In this document: positions 6,893-15,789 of the stretch, piece after piece | How positions within the stretch are numbered: position 1 is the stretch's first letter | How the letters are laid out: every line of letters starts with the position of its first letter | IMG/VR virus record: IMGVR_UViG_3300037472_000016 | Coordinates: 1 to 64,000 of that record | DNA length: 64,000 bases | Direction: 5' to 3' (one strand) | From: a virus | The notes under the pieces: model-generated | Database searches by the model: none | The model's input: the letters and a program-made list of their open reading frames with translations, nothing else | What the model was told of the DNA's origin: nothing | Translations under genes and position numbers: made by a program

Positions 6893-6942
6893 CTGTAGTG
6901 TGCTCACTAATTAACTGTGAATTTGCTGTGAGTTTACTGTAT
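6893..6942. repeat. Phased CTGTGA array
   Basis: 6893/6915/6926/6937; minus strand reads TCACAGC-AAAT-TCACAGT. Confidence 0.75.
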
Positions 6943-7090
6943 GGTACAAATCAACAATATTTTCAGATTGTTCCCAAAATAGACTTAGCCAGATATCCGG
7001 CTGTCACATCTTGTCACAAATAAATATTTTTTCAGATTTTCAGAAATGTGTATTTTTCCGGGTATCAACAACATCCTCTTGACACAATAG

Positions 7091-7122
7091 AAAAAGCCCC
7101 CATGTGAAATACATGAGGGCTT
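7091..7122 (-). terminator. Intrinsic terminator
   Basis: AAGCCC.CATGT...ACATG.GGGCTT stem followed by a T-run on the minus strand. Confidence 0.65.
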
Positions 7123-7230
7123 AATCTATATATCGGGACTGTCTCGTAACCGAGCAAGCGATTATATTTTATTTGGCCTTGTGGTTAGGACAGTCCCAGT
7201 CTGAACATTTGCAGATTTTCATCTAGCTAT

Positions 7231-7259
7231 ATTTTAGCACTGTATTTTAAAAGTGTCAA
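7231..7259 (-). promoter_or_regulatory. Consensus sigma-A promoter
   Basis: TTGACA-17-TAAAAT with extended TG. Confidence 0.7.
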
Positions 7260-7281
7260 CATTGCGAGGGTATCAAGAGTG

Positions 7282-7476
7282 TTACCAATGTCCTATAGGA
7301 CACTTAGCCTTCTTAAGCGTAGTCTTCAAAGCCATAAAGCACCCACACTTCTTACATCTTGACCCAGTAAAGAAGGGACAGGTCTTACATATTTCAAGCC
7401 GGTATTCAGCCAATTCTTTTTCTGATCTAGGCTCTTTAGGATTAAACAAGTCAGTAAACTTAACATCATCACTCAT
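7282..7476 (-). CDS. Cys-rich metal-binding protein (DUF6171-like), leaderless
   Basis: RLEICKTC...CKKCGCFM..K.....CP..HW; ATG 6 nt after TATGAT. Confidence 0.75.
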   Translation of the reverse strand: MSDDVKFTDLFNPKEPRSEKELAEYRLEICKTCPFFTGSRCKKCGCFMALKTTLKKAKCPIGHW

Positions 7477-7720
7477 ACATCAATCATACACTGTTTCCTT
7501 TGACATTTATGCTGAACACTGTCAAAATTATACCAAAAACAGTATAGTTTTGGCATATCTGTTTATCCGTATATGTCAATAGCAACATATCAACAAGGAA
7601 CAGACTCCTATTGGGCACATCACCCCTTCGGCTAGTCTATTTTTCGCGGTATTGGAGGCATCGCCTCTCTTGATTATTTTCTAACAATCACTCTAGGGGA
7701 TAACACCTATCTAGCTATCC

Positions 7721-7806
7721 GGCTATGGGGATAGGGGCTAGTGGGCTATGGGGCTAGTGGGCTAGGGGTTTGTGGATAGCTGTTTGTGGCTATTCATTTG
7801 TGGCTA
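7721..7806 (+). repeat. G-rich GGCTA repeats with G-quadruplex potential
   Basis: Six G3-4 runs with 3-5 nt loops at 7727-7768. Confidence 0.7.
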
Positions 7807-7976
7807 TCGTTGAGTATTGTGATACCGCGTTCATTAGAGCGTTAGTGGATAGTGTTTCTCTCTCACGCGAAAACTAAGCCCGAACTTACTCTCCCGCCGA
7901 GACAATTCTCTCGAACTTGCCTACTTGTTTAACGAGTGTTTCTCCGTATATCATAAACTAACTGTATACTTATTGT

Positions 7977-8339
7977 ATGTTCGAAGCCAGCTTACCCGCC
8001 CTCAATCTCCTAGTCGTTCAACAGGTTTTGGGAATCGCTATCGCCTCGGCATCAGTAATAGGAATCTTGGGTGGAATGATTCGCTGGGTAATCAAGCATT
8101 ACCTTAAAGATATTAAGCACGAACTCTTGCCAAACAGCGGTAAATCAATGAAAGATCAGATAACAAGGCTCGAAAGAAGGCAAAGCGAAGAAAGAATTCT
8201 TCTGGAGAAGAACACAGAGATATTCACTAAAAAGATTGACGACAACAGAATTTCTCTGGAGTCAAAGATTGACCACATGAACGAAGAGAACATGAAGAGG
8301 TTTGACAACCTGTATCAGATCATCATCACCAAGCTCTAG
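7977..8339 (+). CDS. Single-TM coiled-coil protein, putative holin
   Basis: N-terminal TM, PNSGKSMKDQITRLE motif; leaderless promoter. Confidence 0.55.
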   Translation: MFEASLPALNLLVVQQVLGIAIASASVIGILGGMIRWVIKHYLKDIKHELLPNSGKSMKDQITRLERRQSEERILLEKNTEIFTKKIDDNRISLESKIDHMNEENMKRFDNLYQIIITKL

Positions 8340-8502
8340 ATACTATATATTATATAGAAGATATCTAACTAGCTATTAGTATCACTTCTCTCTCAATTAT
8401 CAATTATACACACTTTTCAAGTGTTGTTGACCACATGAGGATAACGATTCTATAACGATTGAGTTACATGCCTAGATTGTTATGATTCTGTTACAATAGA
8501 GT

Positions 8503-8552
8503 AGCTAGTAGTTAAGGTTTTCTCTCTCAAACCACTTCCTTGACTACTAGCT
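8503..8552 (+). ncRNA. Candidate hairpin sRNA with a CU-rich loop
   Basis: AGCTAGTAGTTAAGG/CCTTGACTACTAGCT stem; TGnTACAAT at 8489-8497. Confidence 0.4.
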
Positions 8553-8586
8553 CCATAGCTTAATAAACCTGGTATTATGTATACAT

Positions 8587-8991
8587 ATGAATAATCTATC
8601 TAACAATAGAGCGAACAAGGGTTTTGGTTCTCTACCGGCCAACTTGAAGTGGAACGTTGTTAGAGGAGACACTGCTTCTATCCTAGTTCAGTTTTTAGAG
8701 AACGATGAAGAGACCTCTTATGATACAGACACATGGACATATATTTCAAGTGCCTATGACCATGAGACAGGAATCACCTACATCCTTGATACTGAAACCA
8801 TCGGGAGTTCTGTAAAGATTACAGCAGGGCCAGAGACTACTTCTCTATGGGGCACTCGGTTCTTAGATAAGGTTGCAGACCTTTCTTTTGATCTACAGGT
8901 AACGATGGACTTCGATGTTGTCTGGACTCCCATTGTCGGCAAAATAAGTGTTATAGGAAACGTTACCCTTTACGACCAGGGTAACAGTTAA
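8587..8991 (+). CDS. BppU-N-like virion adaptor protein
   Basis: VVRGDT...FDLQV...TPIVGKISV pattern; similar to 11621..12001. Confidence 0.6.
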   Translation: MNNLSNNRANKGFGSLPANLKWNVVRGDTASILVQFLENDEETSYDTDTWTYISSAYDHETGITYILDTETIGSSVKITAGPETTSLWGTRFLDKVADLSFDLQVTMDFDVVWTPIVGKISVIGNVTLYDQGNS

Positions 8992-9133
8992 GACACGCTC
9001 CCCAGTACTGTTGTTCCGAGAAGTTCTCTAGGAGAGGCAAGACTTTTCTTTGCATCTAGGGGCTTACCACTCGTGTTCGTAAAACGAACCTTTTCTCTCT
9101 TTCTATCATAAAACCTGATATAATGAGTAAACC

Positions 9134-9244
9134 ATGACTACTGCTATTAAGGGTGCTTCGAGTGAAAGCTTCTCTCTTGGTACCCTGACCGCAAAACTAA
9201 AGACTGTTGCAAGCGTTACAAGTTTGGTTGAGCAAGATATCTAG
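9134..9244 (+). CDS. 36-aa ORF or gene remnant
   Basis: Follows TGATATAAT; TAGTG-coupled to the next gene. Confidence 0.4.
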   Translation: MTTAIKGASSESFSLGTLTAKLKTVASVTSLVEQDI

Positions 9245-9663
9245 TGGATGTAGTCAAGATTGTCTTGGGCCAAAACGAACAAGTATTTGTTAATGAAGAT
9301 ATTCCTGACCTGCTGGTAAAGATAATACCCGTTACCGTTTCACAGTCATCAATTTCTATAGTCCCTTCACCAGGAAAAACTGGCCCTACAGGACCTTCTG
9401 GAGTAGCTGGTCCTTCTGGACCCGCAGGACCCACTGGCCCTGGTGGACCTGCCGGTTCTGGGGCTTCCGATTCTTTTGAATATCTGCAACTGGTTCCACA
9501 GGCAACTTGGATAATTCCTGTTCCGCTGGAGTTTAGTCGCACACCCTCTGTCGATGTTTTTTTTCTAAATGGAGAAAAGGTTTTGACAGACATAGTAGCA
9601 ACAAGCATTTCTGTAACAATAACATTTGCATCACCTGTCGCTGGTAGCGCAGTCCTAACCTAA
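9244..9663 (+). CDS. Collagen-like virion fibre protein
   Basis: GXY repeats plus a C-terminal beta-rich domain. Confidence 0.7.
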   Translation: MDVVKIVLGQNEQVFVNEDIPDLLVKIIPVTVSQSSISIVPSPGKTGPTGPSGVAGPSGPAGPTGPGGPAGSGASDSFEYLQLVPQATWIIPVPLEFSRTPSVDVFFLNGEKVLTDIVATSISVTITFASPVAGSAVLT

Positions 9664-9680
9664 TAGAAAAGAGAAAAATC

Positions 9681-10466
9681 ATGCCCACCAAGATTATGAA
9701 CGGAGCTGACTTTCAAGGTCAGCGCATCAACGGAGTAGGAGACCCATCACTTCCTACCGACGCGGCCACTAAGCAGTACGTTGATCTTTTTATTAACGGT
9801 ATTACACTAAAAGACCCAGTACGTGCCGCAACTACAGGACCAATCACTTTGACTGGTGCGCAAACCATTGACGGTGTGTCCATTGTTGCCGGTAACCGCG
9901 TGTTGGTACGAAACCAAGTCGCTGCTGCAACTAACGGCATTTATATTGCTGCGGCAGGTGCGTGGTTGCGTTCTGCTGATGCAGATGCTAGTGCAGAAGT
10001 TGCTGCTGGACTTACTGTGTTTGTTACAGAAGGTACAACAAACTCTGACCGTCAATTCTCCCTCACCACAGACGGACCTATTGTTCTCGGAACAACCGAG
10101 CTTGCTTTCGGTCAGACGGCAACGTCAGGAGTTGTGCTCAGCGCCGGTAACGGTATTTCAACTGCCGGTAACGCTATCACTGTTGTTCCTGCTGCAAGCG
10201 GTGGAATTCTTGTTGGAGGCGCTGGTGTTAGCATTGATAACACTTTCTCAGGGCTGGCTCGACGCTTTTCCACCAACGTCGGCAACTCAACGGTTTCAAC
10301 AATCGTACACAACCTTGGAACGCTAGATGTTCAAGTTATGGTGCGAGAAATTGCAGGCGGCGCGGTAGTCATTCCTGACATTAACATCACAACCATTAAC
10401 GAACTTACCCTTACGTTTGCCGTTGCTCCTGGTGTCGGCGTACTGCGCGTGACCGTTCTGGGTTAA
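9681..10466 (+). CDS. Virion fibre or head-decoration protein
   Basis: DAATKQYVD; VRAATT...GNRVLVRNQ...NGIY motifs. Confidence 0.75.
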   Translation: MPTKIMNGADFQGQRINGVGDPSLPTDAATKQYVDLFINGITLKDPVRAATTGPITLTGAQTIDGVSIVAGNRVLVRNQVAAATNGIYIAAAGAWLRSADADASAEVAAGLTVFVTEGTTNSDRQFSLTTDGPIVLGTTELAFGQTATSGVVLSAGNGISTAGNAITVVPAASGGILVGGAGVSIDNTFSGLARRFSTNVGNSTVSTIVHNLGTLDVQVMVREIAGGAVVIPDINITTINELTLTFAVAPGVGVLRVTVLG

Positions 10467-10468
10467 TT

Positions 10469-10747
10469 GTGGCAAGCAAGATTCTCGGCCCCGTTGCGAC
10501 TGGACCGAATGACGCTATCCGCAAGTCTGAGTTGGATTCGGCCATTGCTGCCGTACCCATCGGTCAACCAGGTGCAACAGGCCCAGCAGGAATTGTTCGG
10601 TCTACTACGGCACCAACGAATACAAGCATTTTGTGGGTAGATACCTCTGAACCAGGTACTGCCCTCATTAGAGTGGTGAGCTTGACGCAAGCGCAGTACA
10701 ATGCGATTGTGACACCTGACCCGTTCACTCTCTACCTGATCGTTTAG
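10469..10747 (+). CDS. Short fibre/adaptor with a C-terminal TQAQY..TLYLIV motif
   Basis: C-terminus nearly identical to that of 13829..14242. Confidence 0.7.
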   Translation: MASKILGPVATGPNDAIRKSELDSAIAAVPIGQPGATGPAGIVRSTTAPTNTSILWVDTSEPGTALIRVVSLTQAQYNAIVTPDPFTLYLIV

Positions 10748-10754
10748 GAGCATC

Positions 10755-11507
10755 ATGGCAATTCTCAAGCAATACAATGAAGCGACTCTCTTGTGGGAGA
10801 CGGTACAGGTAGGCGTTCCTGGCCCCACTGGTCCTGCTGGCCCTAACTCAACGACTCCTGGGCCTACTGGTCCTGCTGGCCCTGCGGGTCCTGCCTCCGA
10901 CCCTACGGCGCTTAACGAGTTAACTGCTAGGGTGAGTGTCATCTCTAACTTCGCCTCACCCAACGCGGGCGGCATAATCGTCGGGCAGATTTACGACAAC
11001 TCATTTCAAGGTGTCTCGACGGGAATTATTGTCGGCGTTGCCAACCGTATTGACTTGGCCCCCTATTACACCTCAAGCACGTTCACTGCCGATCAACTGG
11101 GGATAAGAGTGACGACTGTTGCCACTGGCGGGTTAGGGCGAATTCTCGTGTACGGGTCAAACGCTGACGGTTGGCCTGACGCGCTCCTCTTCCAGGGAAG
11201 CGTGGACCTCGACATGGGCGGTACAACAGGATTCCGGTTCCATGCAGAAGATTTCACGTTTCAGCGTGGCACGCAGTATTGGGTTGGCATTCACACAAAC
11301 TCGGTGGCACGCTATGCCGGCATCGCAACCTCGTCGGCGGTGAACTTGGGGCTTACCTCGGGGGACGCTACGAGCTACGCGACCGTCCTGCGTCGCACGT
11401 TTGCGTTCGGCTCGCCGGCACCGAGCAGTTGGGCTTACGTCAACTCTGAGCGGGCGTCGAACGCGAACCCTCCGTCAATTCGCCTCCGTGTGAAGAGTCT
11501 CCCGTAG
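10755..11507 (+). CDS. Collagen-like fibre with a C-terminal beta-sandwich tip
   Basis: GPT repeats; GC-rich 3' domain. Confidence 0.7.
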   Translation: MAILKQYNEATLLWETVQVGVPGPTGPAGPNSTTPGPTGPAGPAGPASDPTALNELTARVSVISNFASPNAGGIIVGQIYDNSFQGVSTGIIVGVANRIDLAPYYTSSTFTADQLGIRVTTVATGGLGRILVYGSNADGWPDALLFQGSVDLDMGGTTGFRFHAEDFTFQRGTQYWVGIHTNSVARYAGIATSSAVNLGLTSGDATSYATVLRRTFAFGSPAPSSWAYVNSERASNANPPSIRLRVKSLP

Positions 11508-11620
11508 GACATAAGAGCTTTCTTAAAACACCTTCAACCTCCTCACGGTCTTTTGCTAAATAAATTAAAAAACAAATACACACGCTCGTACTTCTGATAT
11601 ACTGTTGGTGGAGATAAAAT

Positions 11621-12001
11621 ATGGCATTCCCAGGAACTTACAACTTTTCATATTACAGGGGAGATACCCTGGAGTTTCGTGTGTACCCCAAAAATGCTTC
11701 TGGTAATAGCTTTAGTCTTACTGGATTTTCTGCGGTATTTACCGTAGCCACCAGTAGAGGAAGCTCTCCTACAACCTCAATACCATGCTTTTCAGAGATA
11801 TATGTTAACGAAGGATATGTCCTCTGTGCTATTGAGCCAGATGTTGGTTCTAGCCTCATCGCAGGAACCTCATATGTATATGATATCGAAATAAATAACT
11901 ACAACGTCAACAATCCTTATGACAAGGTTTATACCTTGCTAACTGGAAATGTTGCTGTGACGGACCAGGTTAGCGTTACCGCTGATTCTGGGGGTAGCTA
12001 G
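11621..12001 (+). CDS. BppU-N-like virion adaptor protein
   Basis: YYRGDT...YVYDIEI...TLLTGNV. Confidence 0.65.
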   Translation: MAFPGTYNFSYYRGDTLEFRVYPKNASGNSFSLTGFSAVFTVATSRGSSPTTSIPCFSEIYVNEGYVLCAIEPDVGSSLIAGTSYVYDIEINNYNVNNPYDKVYTLLTGNVAVTDQVSVTADSGGS

Positions 12002-13698
12002 TGGTAGATGTAAACATCTCCACACAAGACATTACTGTCTTAACAGGTCCAGCAAGGGTTGACCTACAGGTTGGATTTGGTGCAACTGGTGATCGTGGAA
12101 GCAGAATGTTTTCTGGTATCGGAGAGCCAGAAATATTTTTTCAAAATGCCGCTTCTCTTTCCGAGGGATACGACCAGACAGATTCACAAACATCATTTGA
12201 CATTTCTCCTGGAACAAAAGTTTTTAGTATTCGGGTGCCCATCGAAAGTGCAGACCCCCCTGGCGGTACTGGAAAGTACAAAGTTGGAGACAGAGTAAGG
12301 ATTGTTAGCACTGTATCTCCTGATAATTTTCAGGAAGCATTAATCACTGAACTTGTCTTAAATTCAACAATCACTGTTACCGTAGACAGAACTGTTGGTT
12401 CTGGAACCTTTTCTTCTTGGAAATTTTATCTTACCAACATGCCTAGCGGCGGAGAAGACCTAGGCCTTAAACTTTTTGACCTTTATGTAAATGCAGATCA
12501 AAGCTCTCTTACATATCTCTACATGAGTCAGTATGTTCCTGGAGATACCGGCCCAGAGTGGCGGGTATTGACCAATGTCTTAGGTTCAACAGGACCCACA
12601 GGACCAGAAACAACTATCAGTATTGGCACGGTAACTGCGAGCAACCCTGGTTCAGATGCTAATGCATCAGTCACTGGTCCAGCAGGGAACCAAGAATTAA
12701 GTCTGGTTCTTCCTAGAGGAATTATAGGACCCACAGGACCAGATGGAGTATTTCTTGTATCTATAGCAGAGCCAGCGTCTCCCTCTGAGGGCGACACCTG
12801 GTTTAACTCTGAGGCTGGAAGGTTCTACGTCTATTACGATGGTTTCTGGGTCGAGATTAGTTCAAACAAGGTTGGTCAAACTGGTAGTGTTGGACCAACA
12901 GGACCAACAGGTCCAACAGGACCAACAGGCGCAAATTCCACGGTACAGGGACCAACAGGTCCAACAGGTGCAACACCAACCCTAGTAGCGGCATCCACAA
13001 CTGTCTCGGGTATTGTACAACTTGCTACCAGTGCTGAAACACTTGCAGGGACTGCTACTTCGAGGGCAGTTACACCTATAGGTTTGGAACCATTGCGTTC
13101 ACGCTTGACTGCTACCGTTGCAGATTTCACCGCACTGTCTGCACTTAGCACAATAAACAAACTTGCAGGTGATTTGGCATTTGTTGTTGAGGGCGCAGTG
13201 TATATGTCGTGGACTGGCACGGTGTGGAGGCAAACAACGACGGCAACTTTTGCGTCAACTGGTGCGCGTGATACGGCGTATGCGAAAGCGGCGGGCGTGT
13301 TTCTCGTGGGGGGCGTGCGCGCTTTAGACACAAGTACGGGCGTCGAGTCGCAGCGAAGAGGGTCGTTGTGGGTTTTGCATTACGAGTCTTACGACACACC
13401 GCTCACCTTTAATCCCCTGTATTCTTCTATATATCAGCGCGCAGTCCGAAACGATTTTGTTGTGAATCTCAATTTTGTTATTTTGAAGTCATTCAGTTTC
13501 AACAACGTTGACGAAATAGGAACCCTAAATGTCGCACTTCGTCCAGTTTCTGGAGTGGTTTTTGGTTTGGCCTATAATACAAATAAACTTTTGCGACCTA
13601 TAGAACTTGCCCCGAGTGGTCTAATAACTTTGAGAGGCGCTTATAATGATCTTGGATATTTGGGTCAAACCATCTCAATGTCTTATGTTCTCGGCTAA
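12001..13698 (+). CDS. Collagen-like tail/side fibre
   Basis: GXY repeats, GDTWFNS motif, ASTTVSGIVQLAT fibre repeat. Confidence 0.75.
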   Translation: MVDVNISTQDITVLTGPARVDLQVGFGATGDRGSRMFSGIGEPEIFFQNAASLSEGYDQTDSQTSFDISPGTKVFSIRVPIESADPPGGTGKYKVGDRVRIVSTVSPDNFQEALITELVLNSTITVTVDRTVGSGTFSSWKFYLTNMPSGGEDLGLKLFDLYVNADQSSLTYLYMSQYVPGDTGPEWRVLTNVLGSTGPTGPETTISIGTVTASNPGSDANASVTGPAGNQELSLVLPRGIIGPTGPDGVFLVSIAEPASPSEGDTWFNSEAGRFYVYYDGFWVEISSNKVGQTGSVGPTGPTGPTGPTGANSTVQGPTGPTGATPTLVAASTTVSGIVQLATSAETLAGTATSRAVTPIGLEPLRSRLTATVADFTALSALSTINKLAGDLAFVVEGAVYMSWTGTVWRQTTTATFASTGARDTAYAKAAGVFLVGGVRALDTSTGVESQRRGSLWVLHYESYDTPLTFNPLYSSIYQRAVRNDFVVNLNFVILKSFSFNNVDEIGTLNVALRPVSGVVFGLAYNTNKLLRPIELAPSGLITLRGAYNDLGYLGQTISMSYVLG

Positions 13699-13828
13699 AG
13701 ATAAAGGCCTTCAGCAAGTGCAACGCCATAAAGCACACAACGCCAATCGAAAGGGGCACTAATGGGCGGTATTCCAAACCCCCCCATTAGCCTCACCATC
13801 ACACTAACTTAAATGGTATAATCATAGT

Positions 13829-14242
13829 ATGTCAGCCATAGATTTCCCCAATACCCCCACGGTAGACCAGTTATTTTCAGTAGGAAATAGAACCTGGCAG
13901 TGGACAGGTCAAGCTTGGGATACCGTTGAACAGGTCGTTGTGGGTCCCACAGGACCAGCATCCACTGTGCCGGGTCCTCCTGGTGCTAGTGGTGCTACTG
14001 GTCCAACAGGACCAGCAAATGGTCCAACAGGCCCAACAGGCCCAACAGGCCCAACAGGCCCAACAGGACCAGTCGGTTTAAACGGTATCGTAACATCTGG
14101 TACTGCTCCGGTAAACACAGAAATTCTTTGGGCAGACACATCAGAGCCAGGAACAGCTTTAATTCGGGTAGTCAGTCTTACTCAGGCACAATACAACAGC
14201 ATTTCTACCCCCGACCCACTGACGCTATACATTATCATCTAA
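13829..14242 (+). CDS. Collagen-like fibre/adaptor
   Basis: IDFP...WQWTGQAW N-terminus; GPT repeats; TQAQY motif. Confidence 0.75.
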   Translation: MSAIDFPNTPTVDQLFSVGNRTWQWTGQAWDTVEQVVVGPTGPASTVPGPPGASGATGPTGPANGPTGPTGPTGPTGPTGPVGLNGIVTSGTAPVNTEILWADTSEPGTALIRVVSLTQAQYNSISTPDPLTLYIII

Positions 14243-14251
14243 GGAAAAACC

Positions 14252-14518
14252 ATGACAGTTCTTAAAAAATATAATTCAGTGTCTGGCTTGTGGCAACCCG
14301 TTCAGGTGGGGGTACCAGGCGAAAATTCCACGGTACCGGGGCCAGCAGGCCCAACAGGCCCAGCAGGCCCAACGGGTGCGGCAGGCCCAACGGGTGCGGC
14401 AGGCCCAACGGGTGCGGCAGGCCCAACGGGTGCGGCAGGCCCCATATATCCACTAACAGTATCCTTGTCACTTCCCACTGGCGGTAACGACGGAGACGTG
14501 TGGATGGTTTATAGCTAA
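14252..14518 (+). CDS. Collagen-like linker fibre
   Basis: 18-bp tandem repeats encoding GPTGAA; C-terminal DGDVW. Confidence 0.7.
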   Translation: MTVLKKYNSVSGLWQPVQVGVPGENSTVPGPAGPTGPAGPTGAAGPTGAAGPTGAAGPTGAAGPIYPLTVSLSLPTGGNDGDVWMVYS

Positions 14519-15789
14519 TGGCACAATTGGTAAACGTTACCGGCTTTAATGGAACACTAACCTGGAAGCCTTCGATACCTTACGTAAAAGTTGGGGGTAT
14601 ATGGAAAGTTCCAAAGTCTATATGGAGAAAGATATCAGGTGTTTGGTATTCTGGTTTTTTGCAGGGGGGGGTTGAAGATACCACCTTTAACTTCAATACA
14701 GGCACAGAAGCAAACAGTGAGGTTAGTGCTATTGCAATCCAGACAGATGGAAAAATAATTCTAGGTGGAAGCTTTACAACCTTTAACGGAACAGTAGCAA
14801 ACAGAATTGTCAGACTCAACACCGACGGAACAAGAGATACAACATTTGCCACAGGCACAGCAGCAAATTCCTATGTTGGTGCCATTGCAATCCAGACAGA
14901 TGGAAAAATAGTTATAGTTGGAAGCTTTACAGCCTTTAACGGAACAGTAGCAAACAGAATTGTCAGACTCAACACCAACGGAACAATAGATACAACATTT
15001 AACACAGGCACAGGAGCAAGCAATTTTATTATTGCTATTGCAGTTCAGACAGATGGAAAAATAGTTATAGGTGGAAGGTTTACAGCCTTTAACGGAACAC
15101 CAGCAAATGGAATTGCTAGACTCAACACCAACGGAACAATAGATACAACATTTAACACAGGCACAGGCTCAAACGATGGTGTCCAGACAATAGCCATTCA
15201 GACAGATGGAAAAATAATTCTAGGTGGAAGCTTTACAGCCTTTAACGGAACAGTAGCAAACAGAATTGTCAGACTCAACACCAACGGAACAATAGATACA
15301 ACATTTAACACAGGCACAGGATTCAGTGCTGTTGAATTCGGTGCTTTTGCTAGTGAGATTGCAATCCAGACAGATGGAAAAATAGTTGTAGCTGGAAACT
15401 TTACAACCTTTAACGGAGCAGTAGCAAACACAATTGTCAGACTCAACACCAATGGAACAAGAGATACAACATTTGCCACAAACACAGGATTAGGTTTTGG
15501 TGACTTCGGTTCTTATGCTAGTGCTATTGCAATCCAGACAGATGGAAAAATAATTCTAGGTGGAAGCTTTACAGACTTTAACGGAACACCAGCAAATGGA
15601 ATTGCTAGACTCAACACCAACGGAACAATAGACACAAACCTTGGCTTAGGAGTAAACGAAGAATTCTTTGGTATTTTTGTCATAGCCATACAAACAGATG
15701 GAAAAATAATTCTAGGTGGAAGCTTTACGGGTTTTAGCGGAATACTAGCAAATCGAATCGTTAGGGTTGGAGGAGATATAAGAACATGA
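14518..15789 (+). CDS. Delta-60-repeat beta-propeller, putative receptor-binding protein
   Basis: Seven QTDGKI...G.FT.FNG...RLN repeats; N-terminal YVKVGGIWK adaptor. Confidence 0.8.
   Translation: MAQLVNVTGFNGTLTWKPSIPYVKVGGIWKVPKSIWRKISGVWYSGFLQGGVEDTTFNFNTGTEANSEVSAIAIQTDGKIILGGSFTTFNGTVANRIVRLNTDGTRDTTFATGTAANSYVGAIAIQTDGKIVIVGSFTAFNGTVANRIVRLNTNGTIDTTFNTGTGASNFIIAIAVQTDGKIVIGGRFTAFNGTPANGIARLNTNGTIDTTFNTGTGSNDGVQTIAIQTDGKIILGGSFTAFNGTVANRIVRLNTNGTIDTTFNTGTGFSAVEFGAFASEIAIQTDGKIVVAGNFTTFNGAVANTIVRLNTNGTRDTTFATNTGLGFGDFGSYASAIAIQTDGKIILGGSFTDFNGTPANGIARLNTNGTIDTNLGLGVNEEFFGIFVIAIQTDGKIILGGSFTGFSGILANRIVRVGGDIRT

Noticed and set aside
313-6942. CRISPR array
   Set aside because: No constant 23-50 bp repeat with regular spacers; units are separated by whole genes
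7880-7985. LexA SOS box
   Set aside because: Only half sites (CGAAC, GTTCGA); no TCGAAC-N4-GTTCGA
14518-15789. Diversity-generating retroelement TR/VR pair
   Set aside because: Repeats are in-frame coding, differences include indels and are not adenine-specific, and no reverse transcriptase is in the window
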